Positions 52,641 through 60,408 of a stretch of 64,000 bases of DNA are shown here, piece after piece. Both the position numbers and the translations under genes were made by a program. Below the pieces are notes generated by a model. The model searched no databases, had not been told where the DNA came from, and saw only the letters and a list, made by a program, of their open reading frames with translations. The DNA is taken from IMG/VR virus record IMGVR_UViG_3300046616_000314, positions 497,117 through 561,116 of that record. One strand, written 5' to 3'. Numbering within the stretch: the first letter of the stretch is position 1; every line of letters starts with the position of its first letter.

Positions 52641-52894
52641 CCGAATTTCACCTTGAACATCATGGCGTCTTCTTCGCTCTCAAACATATACGTTGTCGTT
52701 GCCGAAAAATCACCGTCTCGCTTTTTATAGTCCGTATGATACTTCCAACGAGACGTGCAGTTGTCTCGCAACCAACTATATAACATTTGAAACGTTGCGC
52801 GATTGCTCACAAATTGCTGCATCGAATCATAAGTGAATGCAACTATAACGTTCGGGATTGTATCAGAGTGCGGATCGCGCGCCATCAGACCCAC
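52637..52894 (-). CDS. FKLKW-motif family protein
   Basis: FESEEDAMMFKVKFG. Confidence 0.8.
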   Translation of the reverse strand: MGLMARDPHSDTIPNVIVAFTYDSMQQFVSNRATFQMLYSWLRDNCTSRWKYHTDYKKRDGDFSATTTYMFESEEDAMMFKVKFG

Positions 52895-53118
52895 TTCAAT
52901 GCAAACATGATTGCATCTTCCTCGCTCTCAAAAAGGAACTGTATTAGTAAGTCGGGACCATCGTCATACCATTTCCACATAGTATCGTAATTCCACCGAT
53001 CTATGCAGTTTTTCTGAAGCCAAATCCGCATCTGTTCCAAATCAATTTCATCATCCATTTCGATGACGATTTTCGGATCAGTGTCTTTATGAGGACCGAG
53101 CCCGATCACGATAGCCAC
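52885..53118 (-). CDS. FKLKW-motif family protein
   Basis: FESEEDAIMFALKWV. Confidence 0.8.
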   Translation of the reverse strand: MAIVIGLGPHKDTDPKIVIEMDDEIDLEQMRIWLQKNCIDRWNYDTMWKWYDDGPDLLIQFLFESEEDAIMFALKWV

Positions 53119-53438
53119 TTCATCTTGAACAACAAAGCATCATCGTCGCGTTGAACACTCAACATGAAATGAGACGCCTTCGGATCATAATCCGGGTCAT
53201 CACCGCGCATCATCCGCATGATGATTTTGAACTTAGCCTTCGGATGCGTAGATGACATGATCCACGCATACACTTCCGGCTTGAAAGTGACGTAATCATT
53301 GTTACGTCCGCGCTTACAACTAAATTTTTGGGGATGACTGACAGAGGTCAGAATATCAGGCAACATGATGTCCCGAAATCGTTGTCGATCCGGTTCACGA
53401 GGCTTTGGAAGCCTAATAAGAGTTGCCTGTTGACGCAT
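53106..53438 (-). CDS. FKLKW-motif family protein
   Basis: DDDALLFKMKWLS. Confidence 0.8.
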   Translation of the reverse strand: MRQQATLIRLPKPREPDRQRFRDIMLPDILTSVSHPQKFSCKRGRNNDYVTFKPEVYAWIMSSTHPKAKFKIIMRMMRGDDPDYDPKASHFMLSVQRDDDALLFKMKWLS

Positions 53439-53482
53439 AGAATAATTATCGCATGTTACGATAATTTCGTCAAGTATTGTGA

Positions 53483-53614
53483 AGATGCTATCTGAATGCA
53501 GTTAGCCGAAAATTAATACCAACCTTCTCAATAAGCTGGTTTTCCAGAATCCCATCATCCACTAGGCATTACAAGTGACGATCCTGTCATCAACCTCATG
53601 ATACAATAGCATCT
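53483..53614 (-). ncRNA. candidate structured RNA 3' of tRNA-Leu(UAA)
   Basis: 9-bp closing stem AGATGCTAT/ATAGCATCT. Confidence 0.4.
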
Positions 53615-53624
53615 ACAGAATACT

Positions 53625-53710
53625 TGGTGCGGGCGGTCGGAATCGAACCGACACGGGCTATGCCCAACAGATTTTAAGTCTGGTGCGTCTACCAGTTTCG
53701 CCACGCCCGC
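53625..53710 (-). tRNA. tRNA-Leu(UAA)
   Basis: Long variable arm; CT TAA AA loop; CCA. Confidence 0.93.
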
Positions 53711-53726
53711 TCACAAGTTTACTTTC

Positions 53727-53811
53727 TGGTAGCTCTACCCGGAGTCGAACCGGGACGCCTTTCGGCAATAGATTTTGAGTCTACCGCGTCTACCAGTTCC
53801 GCCATAGAGCC
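53727..53811 (-). tRNA. tRNA-Leu(CAA)
   Basis: Long variable arm; CT CAA AA loop; CCA. Confidence 0.93.
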
Positions 53812-53854
53812 TCACAGAAAGTATTCTTGATCCTAGATCAAGGGTGGTTTGGTG

Positions 53855-54109
53855 TCAAGTTCTTTTGCCGCGTGTTCCGCCATAATCCGAAAATTTAAAC
53901 ACTTCTTTGGTAGTCTTGATGTTTGAATAATCAATTCTGACGTAATACTTGCCCTTGCGTTTCTTCACTTCGGTAGAACCTCTCAGTTCGCGAATAAAGA
54001 AACTGCCATCGGGTCTTTCGAGCACGGTTCGGTTTAGCGTCTTGGAGCTATCCAATCGACCATTGACGTAGTTTTCGAAGATGATTTCTTGTGAACCAAG
54101 GTTGTTCAT
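53855..54109 (-). CDS. hypothetical protein
   Basis: GAGG RBS; between tRNAs. Confidence 0.65.
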   Translation of the reverse strand: MNNLGSQEIIFENYVNGRLDSSKTLNRTVLERPDGSFFIRELRGSTEVKKRKGKYYVRIDYSNIKTTKEVFKFSDYGGTRGKRT

Positions 54110-54126
54110 TCAATCCTCGAAAAATT

Positions 54127-54211
54127 TGGTGCGAGTGAGAGGAATCGAACCTCCACGCCTTTCGGCGCTAGAACCTAAATCTAGTGCGTCTACCAATTCC
54201 GCCACACTCGC
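54127..54211 (-). tRNA. tRNA-Leu(UAG)
   Basis: CTAGA-TT TAG GT-TCTAG; CCA; own TTGACA-17-TACTTT promoter upstream. Confidence 0.95.
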
Positions 54212-54276
54212 GCAGTGACCTAAGCCACTGTTTAGAAAGTACCATACGAAATTTTTGATGTCAAAATCTAATTTCG

Positions 54277-54564
54277 TCACCAAGCCAAAAGCTGGTCACT
54301 CCCGAAACTCAGAACAAACATGAAGGCATCATCAACCAAATCAAAGTAATAGATGATGTCATATTTACCGCCCCAAACATATTGGCAATAAACTTCATGT
54401 TGCGGGCAATGCTTTTTAATCCATTGGACACGTTTCGGATGGTTGTGAACGTGATCTTTGATGCCACACTTAATGGCAACCAAATAAATTTCATCGCCAT
54501 TGGGCAGAGTGGTTTTCTCGATCTCCATCAGAACCATTCCGATTTCAAAAGCTTCCGGTCCCAC
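54277..54564 (-). CDS. FKLKW-motif family protein
   Basis: FDLVDDAFMFVLSFG. Confidence 0.7.
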   Translation of the reverse strand: MGPEAFEIGMVLMEIEKTTLPNGDEIYLVAIKCGIKDHVHNHPKRVQWIKKHCPQHEVYCQYVWGGKYDIIYYFDLVDDAFMFVLSFGSDQLLAW

Positions 54565-54806
54565 TTCAGTTTGTACAACGCGGCATCGGTGTCATCATCG
54601 AAGACGATGGCTTGAATCTGAAATGACGGCGCCAGGAAAATAATTTCCCATTTGCCTTTGATGTTCTGAGCCAACCATTGACCCAATTCATTTTCGGGAA
54701 TAGGAACCCAACCCGTGCCATTCACCCAGACGGTTTTGCACGCTACTCCATCTACCGTTCTAGGTAGAGGGAGTGAGTGCATATTCATGGCATTGGCGTC
54801 GATCAT
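54528..54806 (-). CDS. FKLKW-motif family protein
   Basis: FDDDTDAALYKLKW. Confidence 0.75.
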   Translation of the reverse strand: MIDANAMNMHSLPLPRTVDGVACKTVWVNGTGWVPIPENELGQWLAQNIKGKWEIIFLAPSFQIQAIVFDDDTDAALYKLKWDRKLLKSEWF

Positions 54807-55162
54807 TGACCCCGGAACTTCTTCGACAGGCGTTCGAATTCCTGGCGTTCCCGTTCCAGAACGAACACTTCGCGCTCGCGTTCCAGCTTCACGCGCTTCT
54901 CGAATTCTTCGTCGGTTTCCAGTCGGTCGCCAACCAAGCCGAGATATTGCTTGTCGGTGGTTTCCGAATAGGGACCATAATCGACGCCGACGTATTCGAA
55001 GCGGATATTGGTGAAGACGCCCGCGCCTTCATGTTGCGTACGCAGTTCATTGATGCGCTTGATGACTTCATCGAAACTGCCTTCGACGTAGGCGTCATCG
55101 GTGATCGTCTTGGTGACGCGCAGCTTTTGGGGACCAGCGGGGGTCTTGACTTGCTTGCTCAT
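54803..55162 (-). CDS. hypothetical protein
   Basis: RLETDEE...ERQEFERLSKKF. Confidence 0.75.
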   Translation of the reverse strand: MSKQVKTPAGPQKLRVTKTITDDAYVEGSFDEVIKRINELRTQHEGAGVFTNIRFEYVGVDYGPYSETTDKQYLGLVGDRLETDEEFEKRVKLEREREVFVLERERQEFERLSKKFRGQ

Positions 55163-55163
55163 G

Positions 55164-55427
55164 TTATTGGTTCCAGACGGAGGCGACGACGAACTGACCG
55201 GTCGCCCGGTCCTTGATCAGGGTGGTGATTTGCAGCACGTTCCAAGCAAGAGCCTTGCCACGAACGTATTCAGCGGCGAAACGCAGGTATTCGTTGCGAC
55301 CCTGTTCGGTGTCGCGTTTGCTGTCCGAATAGCTCTGGTTGAATTCCATGGTTTCGATTTGACCATCGACGTTCAGCGCGAAGGTCTTAGCGCAGCCGAG
55401 GATGTCTTCTTGGGCTTGATCGGTCAT
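55164..55427 (-). CDS. hypothetical protein
   Basis: GGAG RBS; TTGACA upstream. Confidence 0.7.
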   Translation of the reverse strand: MTDQAQEDILGCAKTFALNVDGQIETMEFNQSYSDSKRDTEQGRNEYLRFAAEYVRGKALAWNVLQITTLIKDRATGQFVVASVWNQ

Positions 55428-55476
55428 GTGAATCTCCATAAGCAATAATGGGAGAATATCACATATCAGAGTGTTG

Positions 55477-55773
55477 TCAAGCCCATTTTATCTTGTAGAG
55501 GAAGGCGTCTTCTTCATTTTTGAAGAGGAAATAGTATTTGTACTTCCCGGTCTTACGATAGTCGTAAACGAGGAAGTAATCGTATCTACTGATGTTTTTG
55601 AATAGCCAATCGTTAAGCGGCGATGGATAAACCAGTTCGCCATATTGTCTGCCAGGATTGAACTTGATTATGTTTTTAAGCTGGAAAGGGATGGTGTATC
55701 CCACGGTAAGTTTGACATCACCGAAGGCATGACACGTGTCGTACAAAAGGTCGGTGACGGTATGCACGGGCAT
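55477..55773 (-). CDS. FKLKW-motif family protein
   Basis: FKNEEDAFLYKIKWA. Confidence 0.75.
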   Translation of the reverse strand: MPVHTVTDLLYDTCHAFGDVKLTVGYTIPFQLKNIIKFNPGRQYGELVYPSPLNDWLFKNISRYDYFLVYDYRKTGKYKYYFLFKNEEDAFLYKIKWA

Positions 55774-55826
55774 TAATGGTCTTTCCAGGCTAAATAACAG
55801 CATAACATTGTTCGGAAACTATTGCT

Positions 55827-56075
55827 ATGCGCGAATTTATGAAACTCTTTGAGAACGTCAACGAAGAAAACGATGACATTGAAGTCGAAGAATCTGCTGA
55901 TACTCTAGAGGAAGCGGTTGCAAATATCAAGTCGGTTGGTATGGCACGTGAGCTATTGGCTTCGCATGGTCTAGAACATCTGACTACAGATGGTAGCGTT
56001 ATTCAGTGCATCCTTGATGCATATACCGCCGGTTATGCTGCTGGCTTCGATGCTGGCGACACCCCAGGCATCTAA
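55827..56075 (+). CDS. small acidic late protein
   Basis: TAAATA upstream; MREFMKLFE leader. Confidence 0.7.
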   Translation: MREFMKLFENVNEENDDIEVEESADTLEEAVANIKSVGMARELLASHGLEHLTTDGSVIQCILDAYTAGYAAGFDAGDTPGI

Positions 56076-56081
56076 AAATTT

Positions 56082-56157
56082 TGGAGGATGATCTCGGATT
56101 CGAACCGAGGACCCGCAGGTTAAGGGCCTGCCGCTCTGACCACTGAGCTAATCATCC
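56082..56157 (-). tRNA. tRNA-Lys(CUU), C at position 33
   Basis: GCAGG-CC CTT AA-CCTGC; CCA. Confidence 0.85.
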
Positions 56158-56258
56158 TCAAGCCTTTGAAAAGGCTGAAGTTTCTGCATCGGAAGGATCA
56201 CTGCTTGCAAATTCCCGAATGCTTGAGGGGCGGACCTACGGGTGCCGCCCTTCTTTTT

Positions 56259-56345
56259 TGGTGCGGTCAGAGAGGTTCGAACTCTCACGGGATTTCTCCC
56301 ACAACGCCCTCAACGTTGCGCGTATACCGGTTCCGCCATGACCGC
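56259..56345 (-). tRNA. tRNA-Leu(GAG)
   Basis: CAACG-TT GAG GG-CGTTG; long variable arm; CCA. Confidence 0.93.
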
Positions 56346-56363
56346 ATGAACCGTTTTAAATTT

Positions 56364-56450
56364 TGGTGCGACTAGAGGGATTCGAACCCCCACGCCCTTT
56401 CGGGCACTGCCATCTGAGGGCAGCGCGTCTACCAATTCCGCCATAGTCGC
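56364..56450 (-). tRNA. tRNA-Leu(CAG)
   Basis: CTGCC-CT CAG AT-GGCAG; long variable arm; CCA. Confidence 0.93.
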
Positions 56451-56463
56451 CCTTTCGGCTTAG

Positions 56464-56536
56464 CAGGCGCGGCAGGATTTGAACCCGCGACCGTTGGTTT
56501 TGGAGACCAATGCTCTACCATCTGAGCTACACGCCT
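56464..56536 (-). tRNA. tRNA-Trp(CCA), no encoded CCA end
   Basis: TTGGT-CT CCA AA-ACCAA. Confidence 0.93.
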
Positions 56537-56555
56537 GCAAAACCGAAAGAATAGT

Positions 56556-56632
56556 TGGCGCGAGTTGTAGGATTCGAACCCACGACCCCTGCGTCCGAAG
56601 CGCAGTGCTCTAATCCGCTGAGCTAAACTCGC
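56556..56632 (-). tRNA. tRNA-Arg(UCG)
   Basis: CTGCG-CT TCG GA-CGCAG; CCA. Confidence 0.93.
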
Positions 56633-56645
56633 AAAATGTACTTTG

Positions 56646-56719
56646 CAGGGATGACGGGATTCGAACCCATGACCTTTGCCTTCGCAGGGCAACGCTCTAA
56701 TCCGCTGAGCTACACCCCT
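56646..56719 (-). tRNA. tRNA-Arg(GCG), no encoded CCA end
   Basis: TTGCC-CT GCG AA-GGCAA. Confidence 0.9.
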
Positions 56720-56837
56720 GCAAAATACATTCATAGTTGCCCCCGGTACCGGATTGCACCGGGGGCTTTGTTAAGAGACCTAAACCGTTGGTAGAACGGC
56801 GTAGATCGGATTCACGATGTAAAAGTTGTAGAATAGA

Positions 56838-56877
56838 CAAAGAAAAACCCCGGAGACATTTCTGTCGCCGGGGTTCC
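56838..56877 (-). terminator. attenuator terminator upstream of the Arg/Trp/Leu/Lys tRNA operon
   Basis: AACCCCGG-C-GACA-GAAA-TGTC-T-CCGGGGTT-TTTCTTT. Confidence 0.85.
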
Positions 56878-56904
56878 AATGTGCCAGTAGAGAATTCCTA
56901 TCCG

Positions 56905-56997
56905 TTAGATAGGCATACCCTCACGCACACGGCTCCCCGCGCGTCGAAGCCACTTACGGCGACGCAGCAATTTGGAGAGGGTGGACGACAAGGACAT
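56905..56997 (-). CDS. putative attenuator leader peptide MSLSSTLSKLLRRRKWLRRAGSRVREGMPI (30 aa)
   Basis: Lies between promoter and terminator; codon run matches downstream anticodons. Confidence 0.75.
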   Translation of the reverse strand: MSLSSTLSKLLRRRKWLRRAGSRVREGMPI

Positions 56998-57052
56998 AAT
57001 TTTCTCAGTTTCCTACAGGTGTGATTGTGCCACGAATGGCGTGTTTCGAATA

Positions 57053-57086
57053 CTATTTATCGCAGAACGATAGCCCATGGTCAATA
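57053..57086 (-). promoter_or_regulatory. promoter TATTGAC-N18-GATAAATAG of the leader/tRNA operon
   Basis: Same motif and spacing as 61728-61761. Confidence 0.65.
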
Positions 57087-57128
57087 AAAAAATTCGCTTT
57101 CGTCAACTTTTTTATAACCCATTGATTT

Positions 57129-57479
57129 CTAACCAAATTTTATCTTACATAGGGCATAATCGTATTGCCAAATGTCGTAGTCTCCTTCAAACCAAACGCC
57201 TTTTTCTGAGACATCATCCCAACTGAATGCGGACCCCACGGTTTCGACTCTCCAATCGGTCGTGAAGAGGATATGATTCTTGACTTCCGTGGGACCTAGA
57301 AAATCGTCTCGGACTTTCCGTGGTATAAAAGTACGATGATATGCGTATTGTTTGGTTTCAACCGGACCTTCCCACACGCCCAAGAAGGAACCGGAGCGAT
57401 ATTTTACATCGTTGCTGGACATGGCTAATTGCATGTGTTCGACCATACGCTTAGCGTCGTCGGTATCTACTAATCTCAT
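57129..57479 (-). CDS. FKLKW-motif family protein
   Basis: YDYALCKIKFG. Confidence 0.65.
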   Translation of the reverse strand: MRLVDTDDAKRMVEHMQLAMSSNDVKYRSGSFLGVWEGPVETKQYAYHRTFIPRKVRDDFLGPTEVKNHILFTTDWRVETVGSAFSWDDVSEKGVWFEGDYDIWQYDYALCKIKFG

Positions 57480-57814
57480 CTACCTAATGCCCAAACCATT
57501 TGGAATGCTTCGCGATCCTCTGCGCTAGAGAACCACATATACGCAACGTACTCTTTTCTTTTACCGATTTTGCGTTGAATGACACAACCGGTGAAGGGAC
57601 CAACTTCAAGCCGTCTTAGGGTGTCGGAAAAGCCGCCGCCTTTACTAAACACAAAAAATTTATGCGCCCATTTCAATTCGTATTTTCTATGAAAATATTT
57701 TATGTCGCCCCAGTTCATGTGAGTGCGTTCACCGCGATCTGGCGTGATCGTAAAATAATTTGCGGGTTGGTCCTCTGGATCAAACAGAACCAGAACCGGA
57801 GTCTTATTATCCAC
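57476..57814 (-). CDS. FKLKW-like family protein
   Basis: FSSAEDREAFQMVW. Confidence 0.7.
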   Translation of the reverse strand: MDNKTPVLVLFDPEDQPANYFTITPDRGERTHMNWGDIKYFHRKYELKWAHKFFVFSKGGGFSDTLRRLEVGPFTGCVIQRKIGKRKEYVAYMWFSSAEDREAFQMVWALGR

Positions 57815-58202
57815 GCGGGCACAACCAATTTTGGTGATCGTAATCTGAAAACTTGAGTTTCAAGAAGGCGATATCATCCATGACCGGGACGAAGCTTCTT
57901 CCGGCAAATCGCACAAACACGGTTTCATTATTGACTCCCGTATGGAAGTGAGCCGTCCATGAAATGTTGTGGTCCGTGTGAATGAACCGAATGGAGTCTC
58001 GGGGATGCCAGGGAATACCCATGGTATATTCGCGAGACCATTCAACGCGAACGCCCGGCATGACATCTTCAACCACAGTCAGTTCTTTAATATCTTTTGC
58101 GGTTCGTTCATGAACTGAAATGACACCATGATCGTTCATGTAGCTCATGAACTTTTCGATGATGATGATGTCTTCTTCCATGAGATCGCCATCGATTTTC
58201 AT
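57807..58202 (-). CDS. FKLKW-motif family protein
   Basis: DDIAFLKLKFS. Confidence 0.7.
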   Translation of the reverse strand: MKIDGDLMEEDIIIIEKFMSYMNDHGVISVHERTAKDIKELTVVEDVMPGVRVEWSREYTMGIPWHPRDSIRFIHTDHNISWTAHFHTGVNNETVFVRFAGRSFVPVMDDIAFLKLKFSDYDHQNWLCPRG

Positions 58203-58549
58203 AGCAGCAATCTCGCTTTCACCATGTCTTCTTCATTTTCAAAAAAGAAAACGAGCGCGATTATACCATTCTCGATAATACCCTCTTTGGTAACTGGACC
58301 CTTGGAAGTTTCAAACTCGAAATCCCAACGATCAACAAACGTCTTGTTTGTCAGCTTGGGAATGAAGTCATGGAAGCTTACCAAAGGATTAGGGGTACGA
58401 ACCACCATCTTGAAATCTGTTCGCACACCCATATGCAAACCTTTTTTCCGAAGCTCATGACGCCATAGGAAAAGATTATAGATCGTGAACCCAGGTTGAC
58501 GAGTGCGGAAAGCCGCAATCCATGAGATCGGAAAACCAAACGTGCTCAT
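58199..58549 (-). CDS. FKLKW-like family protein
   Basis: FENEEDMVKARLLL. Confidence 0.7.
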   Translation of the reverse strand: MSTFGFPISWIAAFRTRQPGFTIYNLFLWRHELRKKGLHMGVRTDFKMVVRTPNPLVSFHDFIPKLTNKTFVDRWDFEFETSKGPVTKEGIIENGIIALVFFFENEEDMVKARLLL

Positions 58550-59364
58550 GCTGAAGCCGCCTTGTCTTCAGAAAGCGTCAGTGCATGAGCGGTAATAGGA
58601 GGAAGTCGCTTACCGATGGCTTCTTTGGTCTGGCGAAGGCGTTCCATTCCCACGGCATCATTCTTGATCCAATCTTCGGCGGCGAAGATCAGCTTCATCA
58701 TCGGAGAAGTATCCTTGTTGGATAGTTCTGTTCCGTCTGAGTTTTCTCTGAAATATTGATCGCGAAGATTACTAAGTGCAAGACTGTGTGTGCGTTCAGC
58801 ATTCGATGGAACATATTTCAACAATTCATCGATCTCAAACGTGATATGCCGGTCGTCGGTGCATTCGGCGACGAGAGAAATGTTTTTGAATGAATTGTAG
58901 TCGTTGTATATCATGTCAGCATACAGATTCCCGCGCTCTTTCCATTGGGTCTCTGTCATCCCATCGGGATAATTATCCGTATAGAAATACGGTTCATGGC
59001 TAACCCAAGGCAGATCGTAGAATTCCATAGCCCATGCGGTTATATTATAAGAAACATGACCGTAAACTTTGCCACGAAACGGAATAATGAATACCGTAAA
59101 ATTGAAGTCTACATCATTGCCGCCATAGCCTTTTACTTTGGATTCCAGGCGTTTCTTTTCGATTTCGTCACGAACATTCGACAGAATGTGATAAGCCGGT
59201 TTTTGTTGCATCCAAGCGGAGTCATGAATGTACGTGCATTGCTTTGCGATATGCGAAAGCTCTCCAATCCGGGTGAGATCGGTCACGCGCTGGCGCCATG
59301 CCATCAGGTTATGATGGATGGTGGCGATGTCTCCGGTGAAGCGCACGATATTATTAGCATTCAT
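58546..59364 (-). CDS. hypothetical protein
   Basis: 272-aa ORF heading the operon. Confidence 0.7.
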   Translation of the reverse strand: MNANNIVRFTGDIATIHHNLMAWRQRVTDLTRIGELSHIAKQCTYIHDSAWMQQKPAYHILSNVRDEIEKKRLESKVKGYGGNDVDFNFTVFIIPFRGKVYGHVSYNITAWAMEFYDLPWVSHEPYFYTDNYPDGMTETQWKERGNLYADMIYNDYNSFKNISLVAECTDDRHITFEIDELLKYVPSNAERTHSLALSNLRDQYFRENSDGTELSNKDTSPMMKLIFAAEDWIKNDAVGMERLRQTKEAIGKRLPPITAHALTLSEDKAASA

Positions 59365-59454
59365 CCAAGCATCGTACCGATTCGGGCTACAAAAATCAAA
59401 TCGTTTAATTTGGTCAGGGCATAAATATCATCATACGCTAATTGGTGATTTTTT

Positions 59455-60408
59455 ATGCCTGATATTAATGACGCCCGCATTGACGGCACTTCTGTTTATT
59501 TCATTCCCGATGACGCTAACGTAAGTGTCAGCGGTGAACCGACGACAGTTAAAACGGTTGAAGGTCCCCCAGGTCCGCAGGGTCCGATTGGTAACACGGG
59601 TGTCACGGGCGCATCGATCTCCAACGCGGTTGTCAATTCGACAACGGGTGCTCTGACTTTCACGCTGACTGATAACACGGTCGTTGAAGCAGGCATCGTG
59701 CCGCCCGGTCCCGCTGGTCCACAAGGACCCCAAGGCAACACGGGTGTTCAAGGTATCCAGGGTATTCAGGGCGTCCAAGGAAACCCAGGCTCGCCCGGCA
59801 TCCCAGGTATTCAGGGCATCCAAGGTCCGATTGGTAACGCGGGTGTCCAAGGTCCGCAAGGCGTTGGCGTTACGAATGCTGCTGTCAATTCTAGCACGGG
59901 TGTTCTGACTTTCACCCTATCAAATAACGCCACAGTCGTCGCAGGAACGGTCCCCGCTGGTCCTCAAGGGGTGCAGGGCATCCAAGGCATTCAAGGGCTT
60001 CCTGGCTCTCCTGGCGCGACCGGCAACACGGGTTTGACAGGCAACACGGGTCCGATTGGTCCCAAAGGTGACAACTTCGAAGTCGTCATTTCCAACAGTG
60101 CCGTATCTGGTAACTACGTCATGGACATCGGAACGTCGAACAACCTTTACAACTTGACACTAGTCGGTTCCACGAGTTTGATTTTCTCGAATGCGACACA
60201 AACAACGCGCACCTATACAGGCATCGTTGTCATTCGACAAAACGCCACAGGTGGTTACTCTGTGACTTTCCCTGCCAATTGCCGCACTCCAAATGACGAA
60301 CAATACATCGTTTCCACTGCACCAAACGCGATGGACGTGTACACGTTCTTCACATTTGATGGTGGATCAACCTATCTATTGAATCAAATCGGGCAGTATT
60401 ACCAGTAA
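59455..60408 (+). CDS. collagen-repeat tail fibre/appendage protein
   Basis: G-X-Y triplets; duplicated NAVVNSTTGALTFTL domain; ATAAATA upstream. Confidence 0.8.
   Translation: MPDINDARIDGTSVYFIPDDANVSVSGEPTTVKTVEGPPGPQGPIGNTGVTGASISNAVVNSTTGALTFTLTDNTVVEAGIVPPGPAGPQGPQGNTGVQGIQGIQGVQGNPGSPGIPGIQGIQGPIGNAGVQGPQGVGVTNAAVNSSTGVLTFTLSNNATVVAGTVPAGPQGVQGIQGIQGLPGSPGATGNTGLTGNTGPIGPKGDNFEVVISNSAVSGNYVMDIGTSNNLYNLTLVGSTSLIFSNATQTTRTYTGIVVIRQNATGGYSVTFPANCRTPNDEQYIVSTAPNAMDVYTFFTFDGGSTYLLNQIGQYYQ

Noticed and set aside
50949-53438. Lys-Trp codons of the family motif supplying the next gene's start codon
   Set aside because: This is clear for only one junction (ATG at 51514); the others are GTG calls with alternative ATGs overlapping the stop.
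56166-57024. ORFs overlapping tRNA genes (also 62113-63128)
   Set aside because: They are incidental translations of tRNA and leader sequence.
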